Of a DNA stretch of 64,000 bases, positions 50,280 through 59,744 are shown piece after piece (position 1 is the first letter of the stretch; the number at the start of each line of letters is the position of its first letter). The translations under genes were made by a program, and so were the position numbers. The notes under the pieces are model-generated. The model searched no databases and was not told the origin of the DNA. It saw nothing but the letters and a program-made list of their open reading frames with translations. The stretch is from positions 62,001 through 126,000 of the forward strand of contig JAHDYR010000006.1 in assembly GCA_019828565.1 (NCBI GenBank), written 5' to 3'. Source of the stretch: Carpediemonas membranifera BICM (Eukaryota > Protista > Fornicata).

Positions 50280-52709
50280 ATGAATTACGCTCGTAAGGCC
50301 TATCGCAAGATGACCTGCGAGCAAACACCGATTAAGTTCGACATCCAAGTGCTCGAGCTATCGGATCTCCCTGAATCCTGCCGCAGCAAGCAGCTTCGGT
50401 ACAGATGGAAGCGTGGAGACAAGGGGGGATCGGGATCCGCCGTAACATCGTCTCATACAGGCTCAGTGTCTTGGAGAGACCGCATAGAGTTCAATTCGAC
50501 GCTGATGTTCAATCCCAGTAAGGGCTATGAGACGAAGAAGTTCTCCCTGTCCGTCCTGGACGCCCTCGCCAGCAAAGAGATCGGCCGCCTGAAGCTAGAC
50601 CTCGCCGTAGTCTACTCTCGCATCCTCAAGGCTGAAAAAGACGAGCTCACCCGATCGTACGACTTTCGAGTGACCGATGGCAAGCACCACACCGCCACCC
50701 TTCGTCTCCACTTCAGGGTGACCGTCCTTGACTATTCAGTACCCCCCTCAGCCGCCCCCTCGGGTCTTGAGGACCCCCCATCGTCCAAGGGCTCGGTGGA
50801 GTCCCATTCCCACCTCTCCCTGTCCCACGAGCCCAGGTCCCACTCAAACTCACTCGGTGGGGCCAAACCGACCATGGCAACGCCAGACAGCAGGCGCCAG
50901 TCAGTCCAATCGGCAGCTTTCGTCGACCTCTTGTCACAGGACGACGCGTTCAACTCATTTAGCCTTAGTCGTGTTGTTGATGACATGTGCATGGCAGATA
51001 TGGCCCTCAACATCAGAGATTACACACCACCCTCACCCACCTCGCTGAGGCCGCACCTGAGCACTGAGGGCGTGGGGGTGCGGGGTCACCGTCACCGCCA
51101 GAGTAACCTCAGCACAGAGCTGCTTCCCACACCAGAGGCCGCGGACAGCGCGCAGGAGACTGATTCCACTGAAGACGACGAGGACGACGACAGTGAACGT
51201 GTCCACAACAACGAGGAACACCCCCCTGCCCGAGCCCCTGTCACGTCAAGCCCAGCCTCACCCCTCGGTCCCAGAGACGTAGACCACAAGCCCCCGGGCC
51301 AGCGAGAGGATTCAAAGGTCGCCGCTCCCCTCACTGCTAGACACGGCACGGCGAGCGCGGGGTCGTCTCCCATGGCCCAGTCAAAGTCGGTCGTCGTGGA
51401 GGACCCGGATGCCGGTAAGAAGGAGCGCGAGGCCAGAATCAAGGCCGCGAGACAGAAGAAGATCTCGGAACAGGAGGCAGAGATTGCCCGGCTGACGGCT
51501 GAGCTGACCAAGCAGCGCGAGGCAGAGAGACACAGGCTGTTTGAACGGTTGCTGTTCTTCTCTGAACCCGTCTACAGTGGTGGGACACCCGTCATCGGCC
51601 CTGTGGTCGTTGCCTGCCTCGAGGAGTGGGGTGCCCTTGACCCGGACGCCCCGCCAACTCAAGTTAGGACCACGTTAGACGCCCTTACTAAGCGGATACG
51701 GACCAACCGCTCAGATCCTGACACACTTTGCTGGTGGGCGTCCAGCCTGCTCTGCATGGAAGCTGTGCTCGCCTCTTCCGACGGCAAGACGATGCCCGTC
51801 CGCATTGTGTACGACTCTCTTGCTGACGTCACGGCCCAGTCGGAGAACGAGCGGCTGGCTGCGGACGGGGCGTTCAACTCACCCACGCCTGTCGGGGACC
51901 CCCGGTCGGTTCTTGAAAAGGGCCTTCGTCGACTCCTCGCTGAATCGTGTCACCTACTCCTCCAGAACGTCTTCCACGAGCTCCAGCCGGTGCTAATACC
52001 GTCTATTTTATCACAGGGCGCCCCTAGTAACGAGCACAAGACCGTCATCGAGGAGTCACAATCCCTGGGCAACCTGACGAGCCTTCTCGAGGACGTCTAC
52101 TACCTCATGACCGAGCACTACTTGCCGACACAACTCATTGCCGCGCTGTTCACCCAGATCACACAGTACATCTCTGCCACGCTCTTTAACCTTGTCCTCG
52201 ACCCAGCCAGGAGCCTGTGCTGCATTGGTGCGGGACTGCAGCTCAAGATGGTCGTCTCTGAACTCATCGATGATTTGACGAATTCAAACGATGGATTGCT
52301 CGCTGATAGCGCGCGGCAGTTCGGTATCCTGAAGCAACTGGCAGATCTTTTGATGACACCAAAGGATCGGCTGCTGGATGAGGGAGTCAGAGATGCGATT
52401 TGTCCGGATATCAATCTTCTCCAGATCGACCAGATCGTGTCCCAGTTCCGCAACGACTCCTTCTCTGGCTTCAAACTTCCTGTTGTGACTCCATTGCTCA
52501 AGAATAAGATTAATCTTCTCGTCGCCCAGAAGTTCGTTGAGTTAGAGAAGGAACGGATAGAGCTGGATGCCGACGAGCGTCACCTCGTCATCATGAAGGT
52601 TGAGGCCACCTATCGGCAGGTGATCCATCCGAGCACACTGCCCAGGGAGCTCATTGGGAGTCGGGAATTCGCATTTTTAAGCAGGATCACGGTGGAGTCG
52701 GAGGGATGA
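50280..52709 (+). CDS. NT-type C2 domain + Dilute (DIL) domain protein
   Basis: N-terminal WKRG...VSW...F..TL...K.F...IG...LDLA (NT-C2), a disordered linker, then LFTQI..YI.ATLFN...G.QLK..VSEL...LKQLADLL..PK...ICP.INL.QI (DIL). Confidence 0.75.
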   Translation: MNYARKAYRKMTCEQTPIKFDIQVLELSDLPESCRSKQLRYRWKRGDKGGSGSAVTSSHTGSVSWRDRIEFNSTLMFNPSKGYETKKFSLSVLDALASKEIGRLKLDLAVVYSRILKAEKDELTRSYDFRVTDGKHHTATLRLHFRVTVLDYSVPPSAAPSGLEDPPSSKGSVESHSHLSLSHEPRSHSNSLGGAKPTMATPDSRRQSVQSAAFVDLLSQDDAFNSFSLSRVVDDMCMADMALNIRDYTPPSPTSLRPHLSTEGVGVRGHRHRQSNLSTELLPTPEAADSAQETDSTEDDEDDDSERVHNNEEHPPARAPVTSSPASPLGPRDVDHKPPGQREDSKVAAPLTARHGTASAGSSPMAQSKSVVVEDPDAGKKEREARIKAARQKKISEQEAEIARLTAELTKQREAERHRLFERLLFFSEPVYSGGTPVIGPVVVACLEEWGALDPDAPPTQVRTTLDALTKRIRTNRSDPDTLCWWASSLLCMEAVLASSDGKTMPVRIVYDSLADVTAQSENERLAADGAFNSPTPVGDPRSVLEKGLRRLLAESCHLLLQNVFHELQPVLIPSILSQGAPSNEHKTVIEESQSLGNLTSLLEDVYYLMTEHYLPTQLIAALFTQITQYISATLFNLVLDPARSLCCIGAGLQLKMVVSELIDDLTNSNDGLLADSARQFGILKQLADLLMTPKDRLLDEGVRDAICPDINLLQIDQIVSQFRNDSFSGFKLPVVTPLLKNKINLLVAQKFVELEKERIELDADERHLVIMKVEATYRQVIHPSTLPRELIGSREFAFLSRITVESEG

Positions 52710-52948
52710 GGGTGCTGCTGCTCGTAAATACTAGGCTATAGGGTCTGCGTATGCGGAGTTAGGACTTGGAGCTTTGGCGTGGGAGTGTGAATGAGGTCGG
52801 GTTGACCTAGCACTGCGAGTACGGCAGCGACAGCCATCAAGCCAAAGCCGTTGGCTCAGATCACACTCGACCCAGGCTGCTGGTTGGCAACGACTGCCGC
52901 GAGTTTCACTCGAGGTCCAGAAAAGGCCACAAACGGATTATCATCAAA

Positions 52949-53617
52949 ATGGAATCGAAAACGGTGCCAACGCTGCAGCCACATAATGATGAATTACCGA
53001 TGAATCCTCATACTCCCGTGAGCTGCGTGGACGAGTTCCTCACTCGTTGCATGACGAGAGCGAACGTCATTGAGGAAGAAATCGAGCATACAGTGGCAGA
53101 AGTGAGGCGGATCAGGGAAAGCGTGGACACTTTCACCGGCCTAACGCCCGACTGGCAAGAGAAAGTCGCCAATCTTCTTCAAACAGCGCGCAAGCTTGAA
53201 CTTGACCTCCACCATGAACGCCTCCGGTCCCTTGAGCAGTTCAGCACCGACATCCACAGCGCACTGAGCATGGACGACATCGCTATGGCCGCAGCTGGAT
53301 GTTCTGATTCCGACGAGCCCTCGCCACCCAGGACTCAACATCGCCGCGGGACTGGGAGTCAAACGTACCTTGGAAGCTCGAGCGAGGGTGGGTTGAGGCG
53401 CATGGCATCCAAGGGATTGCTGAAGATTGTCGGACTTGACAAGCAAGACGGCGACCTCACGATGAAGAAGCTGACGGACGCCCGCATCCAGGCAAGGTTG
53501 GATCTGAAAGCATTGAAGGAAAAGCACGCAACCAAAGAGATCCAGGCGCAGATAGAGGTCTGCATGCAGAGGCTTCGGAACTTGGACACGCAGATCACAG
53601 CGAAGCTCGACCGGTAG
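52949..53617 (+). CDS. Hypothetical coiled-coil protein
   Basis: 222-aa ATG ORF filling an intergenic gap, with heptad-rich segments. Confidence 0.55.
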   Translation: MESKTVPTLQPHNDELPMNPHTPVSCVDEFLTRCMTRANVIEEEIEHTVAEVRRIRESVDTFTGLTPDWQEKVANLLQTARKLELDLHHERLRSLEQFSTDIHSALSMDDIAMAAAGCSDSDEPSPPRTQHRRGTGSQTYLGSSSEGGLRRMASKGLLKIVGLDKQDGDLTMKKLTDARIQARLDLKALKEKHATKEIQAQIEVCMQRLRNLDTQITAKLDR

Positions 53618-53813
53618 CTTCACTTTCATACGAGGGCAAGCTGATAGATTTATGTTCCCCGGTGGCATGGACGTGATATACATATGCATATGTATGTGGG
53701 TACATCACCCACCCACCTTGGCGCGACCAGCGTCGTATCTGTCGAGCACCTCCCAAGCCAAGCCAACCACACTCACATGGCCCAGCCTAATAAACTACAA
53801 TACCAGCCCGGCC

Positions 53814-54412
53814 TCAGCACTCGAACAATGCGTTCCACTGCCGCACAGTCTGCACCGCCTGTGACCCCCGGACTCCCCGCACCGCCTCGATGGCGTCCAA
53901 GGCTGGGTGGCCCTCGTAGCCGGCCCTCGGCTTCGAGGAGAGTGTGACGAGCACAGCCGCAGCTACTGTAGCTGACCGGCCGAGACCGCCGTAGCAGTGG
54001 AGGACGACGGGACCTTCGACCATTGCTTCAATAACGTCGGAGACCTGCGTGAGTTGGATGGAATGGGCGGGGGACATACAATACGGTGTAGTGGCTCGGG
54101 AACCTCACCGTCAGCCGTGGGGATGTGGTGGAGGACGAACTTGGAGCCAAGGTCCTCGAGAAGAGAGGGCATGCGATAGATGGATAGCTCCTCGGTCTCG
54201 ATGAAAGAGAAAACTACTCTTGCGCCGGAAGCCTCTAGCTGGTCTGTATAAGGCGGAGTGTTGATGCACAAACCAATATCAGTTATGATGTCTCGCTGGT
54301 GGTTAATGTGCTTGATATAGCGGCCAGGAGCCTCACATATACCAATCCGTCCCTTGTTAGTATTAATCCAGCCAATAGAGAAGCTTTCTGTGTTGATCTC
54401 GGCAGCTGGCAT
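53814..54412 (-). CDS. CDKN3: CDKN3/KAP-like dual-specificity phosphatase (introns 54244-54273 and 54045-54079)
   Basis: IGICEAPG, EELSIYRMPSLL, HHIPTADG.VP, HCYGGLGRS, RGSQAVQTVRQ all match KAP. Confidence 0.85.
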
Positions 54413-54600
54413 TCTTTGATGGCTTGATTTGTCAGTTTTGCCCACTTCACCTGAAAATGCGCAATTGAATGACATAGGCGACGTTATGGATGCCGTAGTG
54501 CGCAGTAGTCAGACTGACTGAGCTGCCATATCGTTTTCCTGGCGAATTACATGAACCATAAATGAAGATCGGAAGAAATTCCGAACAGCTGAACACAAGC

Positions 54601-55338
54601 ATGGAGGGCGAAACCCCCGTTATTGAGCAGCACATTGAGCACGAGACTGAAAATGAGATTGAATCCGGGCCAATTGAGCCCGAAACTCCCGCCAAGCCCA
54701 CCGATGAAGTTCAACAGCCCGAGGAGCCTCAGCAGGAGGAGCCTCAGCAAGATGAGGAGCCCAAAGAGGATGATCCCAAAGAAGAGGCTGCTGTAGTACC
54801 ACGCCCCCCTTCTTATGATAACCCTCGCCGTGAGATCGTTCCCGAAGCCGCCAAGCCCGTTGCGATCGAGCCTCTTGACCCGACGGACGCCGTGATCGCC
54901 GAGAACACCAACGAGTTTATCCGGCTCTACCTTGATGGGTGTGCCTCCTTCGACGTGAAGCCCAATTCCAAGATCATGACTATGCTCAAGGGCTGCGACG
55001 GCAATGAGGAGTGCGTTGACATTTCCACCAACTATATCGGCGACCGGGGCATGATTGCCTTTGCCCATGCTCTTTCCAAGCACGAGAGTCTTGTTGAGCT
55101 GAACTTTGCGGGCAACGGCATCCGCAACAAGGGCGCCCAGGCTATCTGCGAGATGATCAAGGGGTCAAACACCATCCAGCACCTCAACCTCGCCAACAAC
55201 TGCCTGTCTAAGACGGCGGGTAAGGCCATCGTCGAGGTGATTGCCACTTGCCCAAACTTGCAGACGGTGAATGTTTCGAACAACAAGATTGACCCCGATA
55301 CCCGCCTGAAGATCATGAAGGCCCTTAGCAGGTCATAA
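54601..55338 (+). CDS. RNI-like leucine-rich repeat protein with acidic N-terminus
   Basis: VDISTNYIGDRG, LNFAGNGIRNKG, LNLANNCLS, VNVSNNKI repeats. Confidence 0.8.
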   Translation: MEGETPVIEQHIEHETENEIESGPIEPETPAKPTDEVQQPEEPQQEEPQQDEEPKEDDPKEEAAVVPRPPSYDNPRREIVPEAAKPVAIEPLDPTDAVIAENTNEFIRLYLDGCASFDVKPNSKIMTMLKGCDGNEECVDISTNYIGDRGMIAFAHALSKHESLVELNFAGNGIRNKGAQAICEMIKGSNTIQHLNLANNCLSKTAGKAIVEVIATCPNLQTVNVSNNKIDPDTRLKIMKALSRS

Positions 55339-55421
55339 TGCGGACTGGGGAGAGTAAATGTAGTGTAACGGCGTGAAGAATGTGAGTTGAAGTGGAACTT
55401 TGGTTCGAAGTCGTCGCGACG

Positions 55422-56342
55422 ATGGTGTCAGCAATCGGCCGTTTGGAGCATAGCCCGGCGTTCTCATACGATAATTTGCAAATAAGGGGCGATACAGTTG
55501 CTACTGCGACGAAGACCGGCGTGTGCGTCGCAAAGATTACCCCAGACAATTCATTTCACGCTGTGGCATTCAAGGTGCTCGTTTCCGAGACATCAGACCA
55601 GCATGTATACGGTGCCTACGTCCTCGGGGATGAAATATACCCACACATTGCTGTTTGCATGGCCGGGAGCATGGAGATCTACACCCACGACCTCTCGAGC
55701 CGCGTCTTCTCCCTAGTTATCGACGCAGAGAAGGAACGGAGCTACATGCCGAAGTACAGACAGCTGTATGCCACCACTATCCTGGAGAACAGCGGGTTGG
55801 TCTTCGTTGGACTGTCGAGCGGCTCGGTTCATGTCGTAGAGACCTCCCCCGCCTTCGTCCCCGCCGCATCCTTCTCCCCAGACATCACTGGCCTCTCTGG
55901 GTCGGTAGCAGGCTTTGTGGCTACACCAAATGGAGTGATCGCCGTTTCATCCGCGGGTCAGTCTGCCATCGTCTCTGCCACGACAGCCACTCCCGGTCCA
56001 GATCTAGGCCTGGCCCCGTTATGTCTTGCACCCGCACTGGCCAACGGTAAGCTCGTTCTTGGGTGCCAGGACGGCACTGTCTGCCTGGTATCGCCCGACG
56101 GCACCGGGTCCGTCTCTATCCCATCCCACACGTCGCCTGTGCTCGCAGTCGCAACGGTCGGAACACTCTTTGCCTCAGCGGGTGGCGACGGTGTTGTTCG
56201 AGTGACTGATCCTACTGGGCCGAGCTCTGTGCTTGTGGAACGCGTGTACGACGGCATGCTCTGTGGCGTGCAGTTTATGCCCGAGCGGCAAGTCGCTGTG
56301 GCCGTGTGTGACTCGATCCTGGTTCCCATTTACATGTACTAA
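55422..56342 (+). CDS. WD40 protein, WDR54-like
   Basis: SPA..YDNL, MEIY..D, VFVGLSSGSV, ASAGGDGVVRV, DGMLCGVQF resemble WDR54. Confidence 0.6.
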   Translation: MVSAIGRLEHSPAFSYDNLQIRGDTVATATKTGVCVAKITPDNSFHAVAFKVLVSETSDQHVYGAYVLGDEIYPHIAVCMAGSMEIYTHDLSSRVFSLVIDAEKERSYMPKYRQLYATTILENSGLVFVGLSSGSVHVVETSPAFVPAASFSPDITGLSGSVAGFVATPNGVIAVSSAGQSAIVSATTATPGPDLGLAPLCLAPALANGKLVLGCQDGTVCLVSPDGTGSVSIPSHTSPVLAVATVGTLFASAGGDGVVRVTDPTGPSSVLVERVYDGMLCGVQFMPERQVAVAVCDSILVPIYMY

Positions 56343-56415
56343 CTCCTAGGGACTGCTGCTTATGTAATAAATCTCCGCCAGACGACGACCTTGTACTAAC
56401 AGTCCAATGCCCCAC

Positions 56416-57258
56416 TCAGCAGCAGCTGTAGTACTCGTTATCCACCACCTTCATCACTACCCGCATCACGTCACTCACCGCGCCCTCGTACCGCCTAGGG
56501 GTCCATGTACTCGGCCAAGATCTGTCCATAGTGAAGAACCGGACGAGGGTGGGGCCTGGGCCCTCGAAGAAGGGCATGCCGAGGGTCATGTACGGTATGG
56601 TGTCTGCTTTGAGCACCTCATAAGTTGTGAGGCCTGTGGCGGCGAGGTAGGTGTGGAAGGCGGTCAGACCGAGGAGGAAGAAGCCTACAACAACAGTGCA
56701 GAGCATCTGGGCAAGTAGTATGATATGTATCTCGATAAAGTTGCTTTCTTGGGCGGGTTTGGAGGCCAATATGACGTTGTCGACGAGAACTTGCAGGATG
56801 ATGAATGCCGATCCCGCCCAAAGAAAGAGTAAGAAGCGGGCATGGTTGCCCTCGCCAATGCAGTTGTTCACCCAGAAGCAGTGGTGGTCGAATCTGGCGA
56901 CGCAGCCGCATGACTTGCAGTGGTGAGAACGAACGAGGGTGGGAGCGGCGCAGTGGGGGCAAGGGGTGCCCTGAAGGGACTGAAGAGGAGCGAGAATGCC
57001 TGGATTCGAATGAACAACACGATAATGCAGTGCAGCAGTGAGAAATGAAGATGAGAGGTAACATATGAATAAAACAATGAAGAGAGGGTGATTAAGCAAG
57101 TATACGAGGCTACTAATCTCAGTGAGCAATAGTACTATACCTCCAAAGACGCACATGTCAAACACAATGACAAAGGCTCCGTCCAATGCATCGGATCGGC
57201 CCCCCATCCATATTCGATCATATCCTGCGGTCAACGATCTGAGACCACATATGAGCAT
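56416..57258 (-). CDS. DHHC palmitoyl acyltransferase
   Basis: RSHHCKSCGCVARFDHHCFWVNNCIG, TM helices, TTYE motif. Confidence 0.92.
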   Translation of the reverse strand: MLICGLRSLTAGYDRIWMGGRSDALDGAFVIVFDMCVFGGIVLLLTEISSLVYLLNHPLFIVLFICYLSSSFLTAALHYRVVHSNPGILAPLQSLQGTPCPHCAAPTLVRSHHCKSCGCVARFDHHCFWVNNCIGEGNHARFLLFLWAGSAFIILQVLVDNVILASKPAQESNFIEIHIILLAQMLCTVVVGFFLLGLTAFHTYLAATGLTTYEVLKADTIPYMTLGMPFFEGPGPTLVRFFTMDRSWPSTWTPRRYEGAVSDVMRVVMKVVDNEYYSCC

Positions 57259-57328
57259 GTCAAGTCAAGCAGACCGACGGAACATCATTTAGCGCAATGT
57301 ATCAAAGTTTCTAGGCCACATCTTGACC

Positions 57329-59632
57329 CTATCTGCTCGGGTTGATTACTGTGAGCTGCAGCAGTGCGTTCTTCACCCCCAGGTTGGTCACTGAGGCCCC
57401 AGCGCCTGAGATACTCCTGTTGACCCCAATAGCCTCGCTTCTGCCGGCATATGTAAAGATGAGACCATTGCCGTCCTTCCCGGCCTTGCCCTCGTCAAGA
57501 ACTAGCAGGTGCACCACCGTTTTGGGGGTGAGACTCAACGCGTGTTCGCCCTTGAACCTCGCCCCTGGCGGCAGGCGGAGGGCTGCGACAAAGAAGGGCA
57601 GCCGGCCCTTCTTGGTCAAGGCCTCGGGTCCGACGTTCGGAGGGGCGCTGAACTTGACCAAGGGCATTGGAATGCTGCAATCCTCGAGGCTACGCGGGGT
57701 CACTCCGCCCTCGAACTTGTCAACCTGGGCCTTTGTCGGCCGCATGAACACCTTGTGCCAGTGGAGCGCATCCCTCAGCTCGCCCACCTTGTGTGACTCG
57801 ACGCACATCTCGGTCACGCCGATCATGGCGCCAGACCCGTCGTACTGCGGCTTGAACCTCGGCACGTCCGGGTCTGTCACACCTCGGGGCACTCTGATCC
57901 TCTTCGACCGCCGGAGCCCCGGCCTGGGCGGCGCCTCTGGTGGAATGACAAGTCCTCGCTTGATGGCGTCCTCGAGTGCGATGTCCTGGTGGATGACGAC
58001 GTCATCATCCCTCATACCGGGGAAGATGTCACTCGTGCGGCTGTACCGTCCGACGTGATGCCGGTATGTCGGCGTAGTAGTGCCTCTGACCGGGACAGCT
58101 GCCGTGTACCGCGCTTTGGGTGGCATCGCGTCCTCGCCCTTCGGCGGGGCGGGTGTCGCTGCAGCGAGGGACAACTCCTCTGGGTCGGCGGCGTCAAACG
58201 ACAGCTGCGAGTCGAAGGGTGAGTCGAGACCCTCTTCGTCAGTGTCTGAGAAGTCTGACAGCTCGCTGGCATGGAAGGTCGACCCGACAGACTTGTCTCC
58301 GCGACTACGAGACTTCAGCACGGGTGTGATGGCAGGGGTGGCAGTCTTCGGCGTCTTCGCCCTCTTGGCAGGGGTTGTCACGGGCGTCGCCTTCCTCCTG
58401 CCCACGGAAACGGGCGTCGGGCCAGCGACGGAACCCGGGGTGGGACTTATGCTCGTTTCAGAGGGCTCCTCGGTCATCTCGGGCTCAGTAATGTCGCCGG
58501 GCTCGGCCTCAGCAGTGGCTTCCGACAGTCCCGTATCCTCGTCTTCGTCGATCGTGCAGCTTATGCTGGCCGGTGTCCTCATCGGGGCCGGGCTGAGCGA
58601 CAGCTTGGGCGATTCCAGACCTGAGCCAGGGCCGGGCAGACCGGACTCAAATCCATCACCCAGGTCGAGGTCAAAGTCGTCGCCCATTGGCTCCTCAAAC
58701 CCGCCTATGTTGTCCGATGAGTCTGAATCGATCTCAGACTCCTGCTCGGCCTCAGACTCCTCCTTGGACTCATCGGCCGACTCAGACTCAGACTCAAGCT
58801 CACTGATGACGGAGATCCTTGAGGCTGAGAGCGGGGCGGCTGGTGACGGGGCCAGACCCTGGTCAAGCTCCTCGGACATGCCAGACTGGTACTCAACCAT
58901 GTCCTCGTGCTCGTTGATGGTGTCCTCCGCCTCCTCGGCTACAGCAGTCACGGGTGTGGCGAACTGGACCGACTTGGGGGTCTTGGTCTTCTTCCGGGGT
59001 GTGGTTTCACTGGGCAATGGGGTGGCGACGGATGCCGGTGCAGAGGGGGTTGGATCGGTTGGGGTGGCAAGCGCCTGGGATGTCGGCTTGGGGCTGATGG
59101 CAGGGGTGGCAGTCTTCGGCGTCTTCGCCCTCTTGGCAGGGGTTGTCACGGGCGTCGCCTTCCTCCTGCCCACGGAAACGGGCGTCGGGCCAGCGACGGA
59201 ACCCGGGGTGGGACTTATGCTCGTTTCAGAGGGCTCCTCGGTCATCTCGGGCTCAGTAATGTCGCCGGGCTCGGCCTCAGCAGTGGCCTCAGCCAGCACA
59301 GATGTTCTGTCAACTGCCTCATATTCCTCGTCAGGAAGATGGGTGCTGTCCAATGGCGTCGCAACTGGAGTATTAACTTTCTTCTGAGTAAGACGCTCTC
59401 TCGCCCTCAGGAGCGCTGCGGTGGTTACCCTTTCAGTAAGCGTCGGCACACGTTCCTCACCAAAGCATATTTTCCGACATAACGCCAAACCATACGCTTC
59501 TAGCAATGCAATTGCGTCACCATTTGTCAATGGCGGCAAGTTTTCGTAATCGATGGCCAGGCGCGGCATTATGCGCAAATCTGTCGAAACGTTAAAACAG
59601 CCCAAAGCGTATAAAGCAACGCTGGGAGACAT
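57329..59632 (-). CDS. PEST/TP-rich protein with a C-terminal cupin-like domain; candidate divergent CENP-C/Mif2
   Basis: Long disordered region, GLRRSKRIRVP...KPQY, then PFF..ALRLPPG...K...VHLLV..G...SVTNLG..NALL.L resembling the CENP-C cupin. Confidence 0.55.
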   Translation of the reverse strand: MSPSVALYALGCFNVSTDLRIMPRLAIDYENLPPLTNGDAIALLEAYGLALCRKICFGEERVPTLTERVTTAALLRARERLTQKKVNTPVATPLDSTHLPDEEYEAVDRTSVLAEATAEAEPGDITEPEMTEEPSETSISPTPGSVAGPTPVSVGRRKATPVTTPAKRAKTPKTATPAISPKPTSQALATPTDPTPSAPASVATPLPSETTPRKKTKTPKSVQFATPVTAVAEEAEDTINEHEDMVEYQSGMSEELDQGLAPSPAAPLSASRISVISELESESESADESKEESEAEQESEIDSDSSDNIGGFEEPMGDDFDLDLGDGFESGLPGPGSGLESPKLSLSPAPMRTPASISCTIDEDEDTGLSEATAEAEPGDITEPEMTEEPSETSISPTPGSVAGPTPVSVGRRKATPVTTPAKRAKTPKTATPAITPVLKSRSRGDKSVGSTFHASELSDFSDTDEEGLDSPFDSQLSFDAADPEELSLAAATPAPPKGEDAMPPKARYTAAVPVRGTTTPTYRHHVGRYSRTSDIFPGMRDDDVVIHQDIALEDAIKRGLVIPPEAPPRPGLRRSKRIRVPRGVTDPDVPRFKPQYDGSGAMIGVTEMCVESHKVGELRDALHWHKVFMRPTKAQVDKFEGGVTPRSLEDCSIPMPLVKFSAPPNVGPEALTKKGRLPFFVAALRLPPGARFKGEHALSLTPKTVVHLLVLDEGKAGKDGNGLIFTYAGRSEAIGVNRSISGAGASVTNLGVKNALLQLTVINPSR
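58327..59287. repeat. 193-bp identical in-frame direct repeat (58327-58519 and 59095-59287)
   Basis: Two identical copies 768 bp apart, each encoding about 64 aa of TP-rich sequence. Confidence 0.95.
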
Positions 59633-59744
59633 AAACAGATGCTACTATCGTACCGACGCTTTATTACCACCCGTCCGATTCGAACGGATGACCCGCAGTG
59701 GCCATCAACGAGGCAAGACCGAGCCATGGACGACCCCGCGAAAC

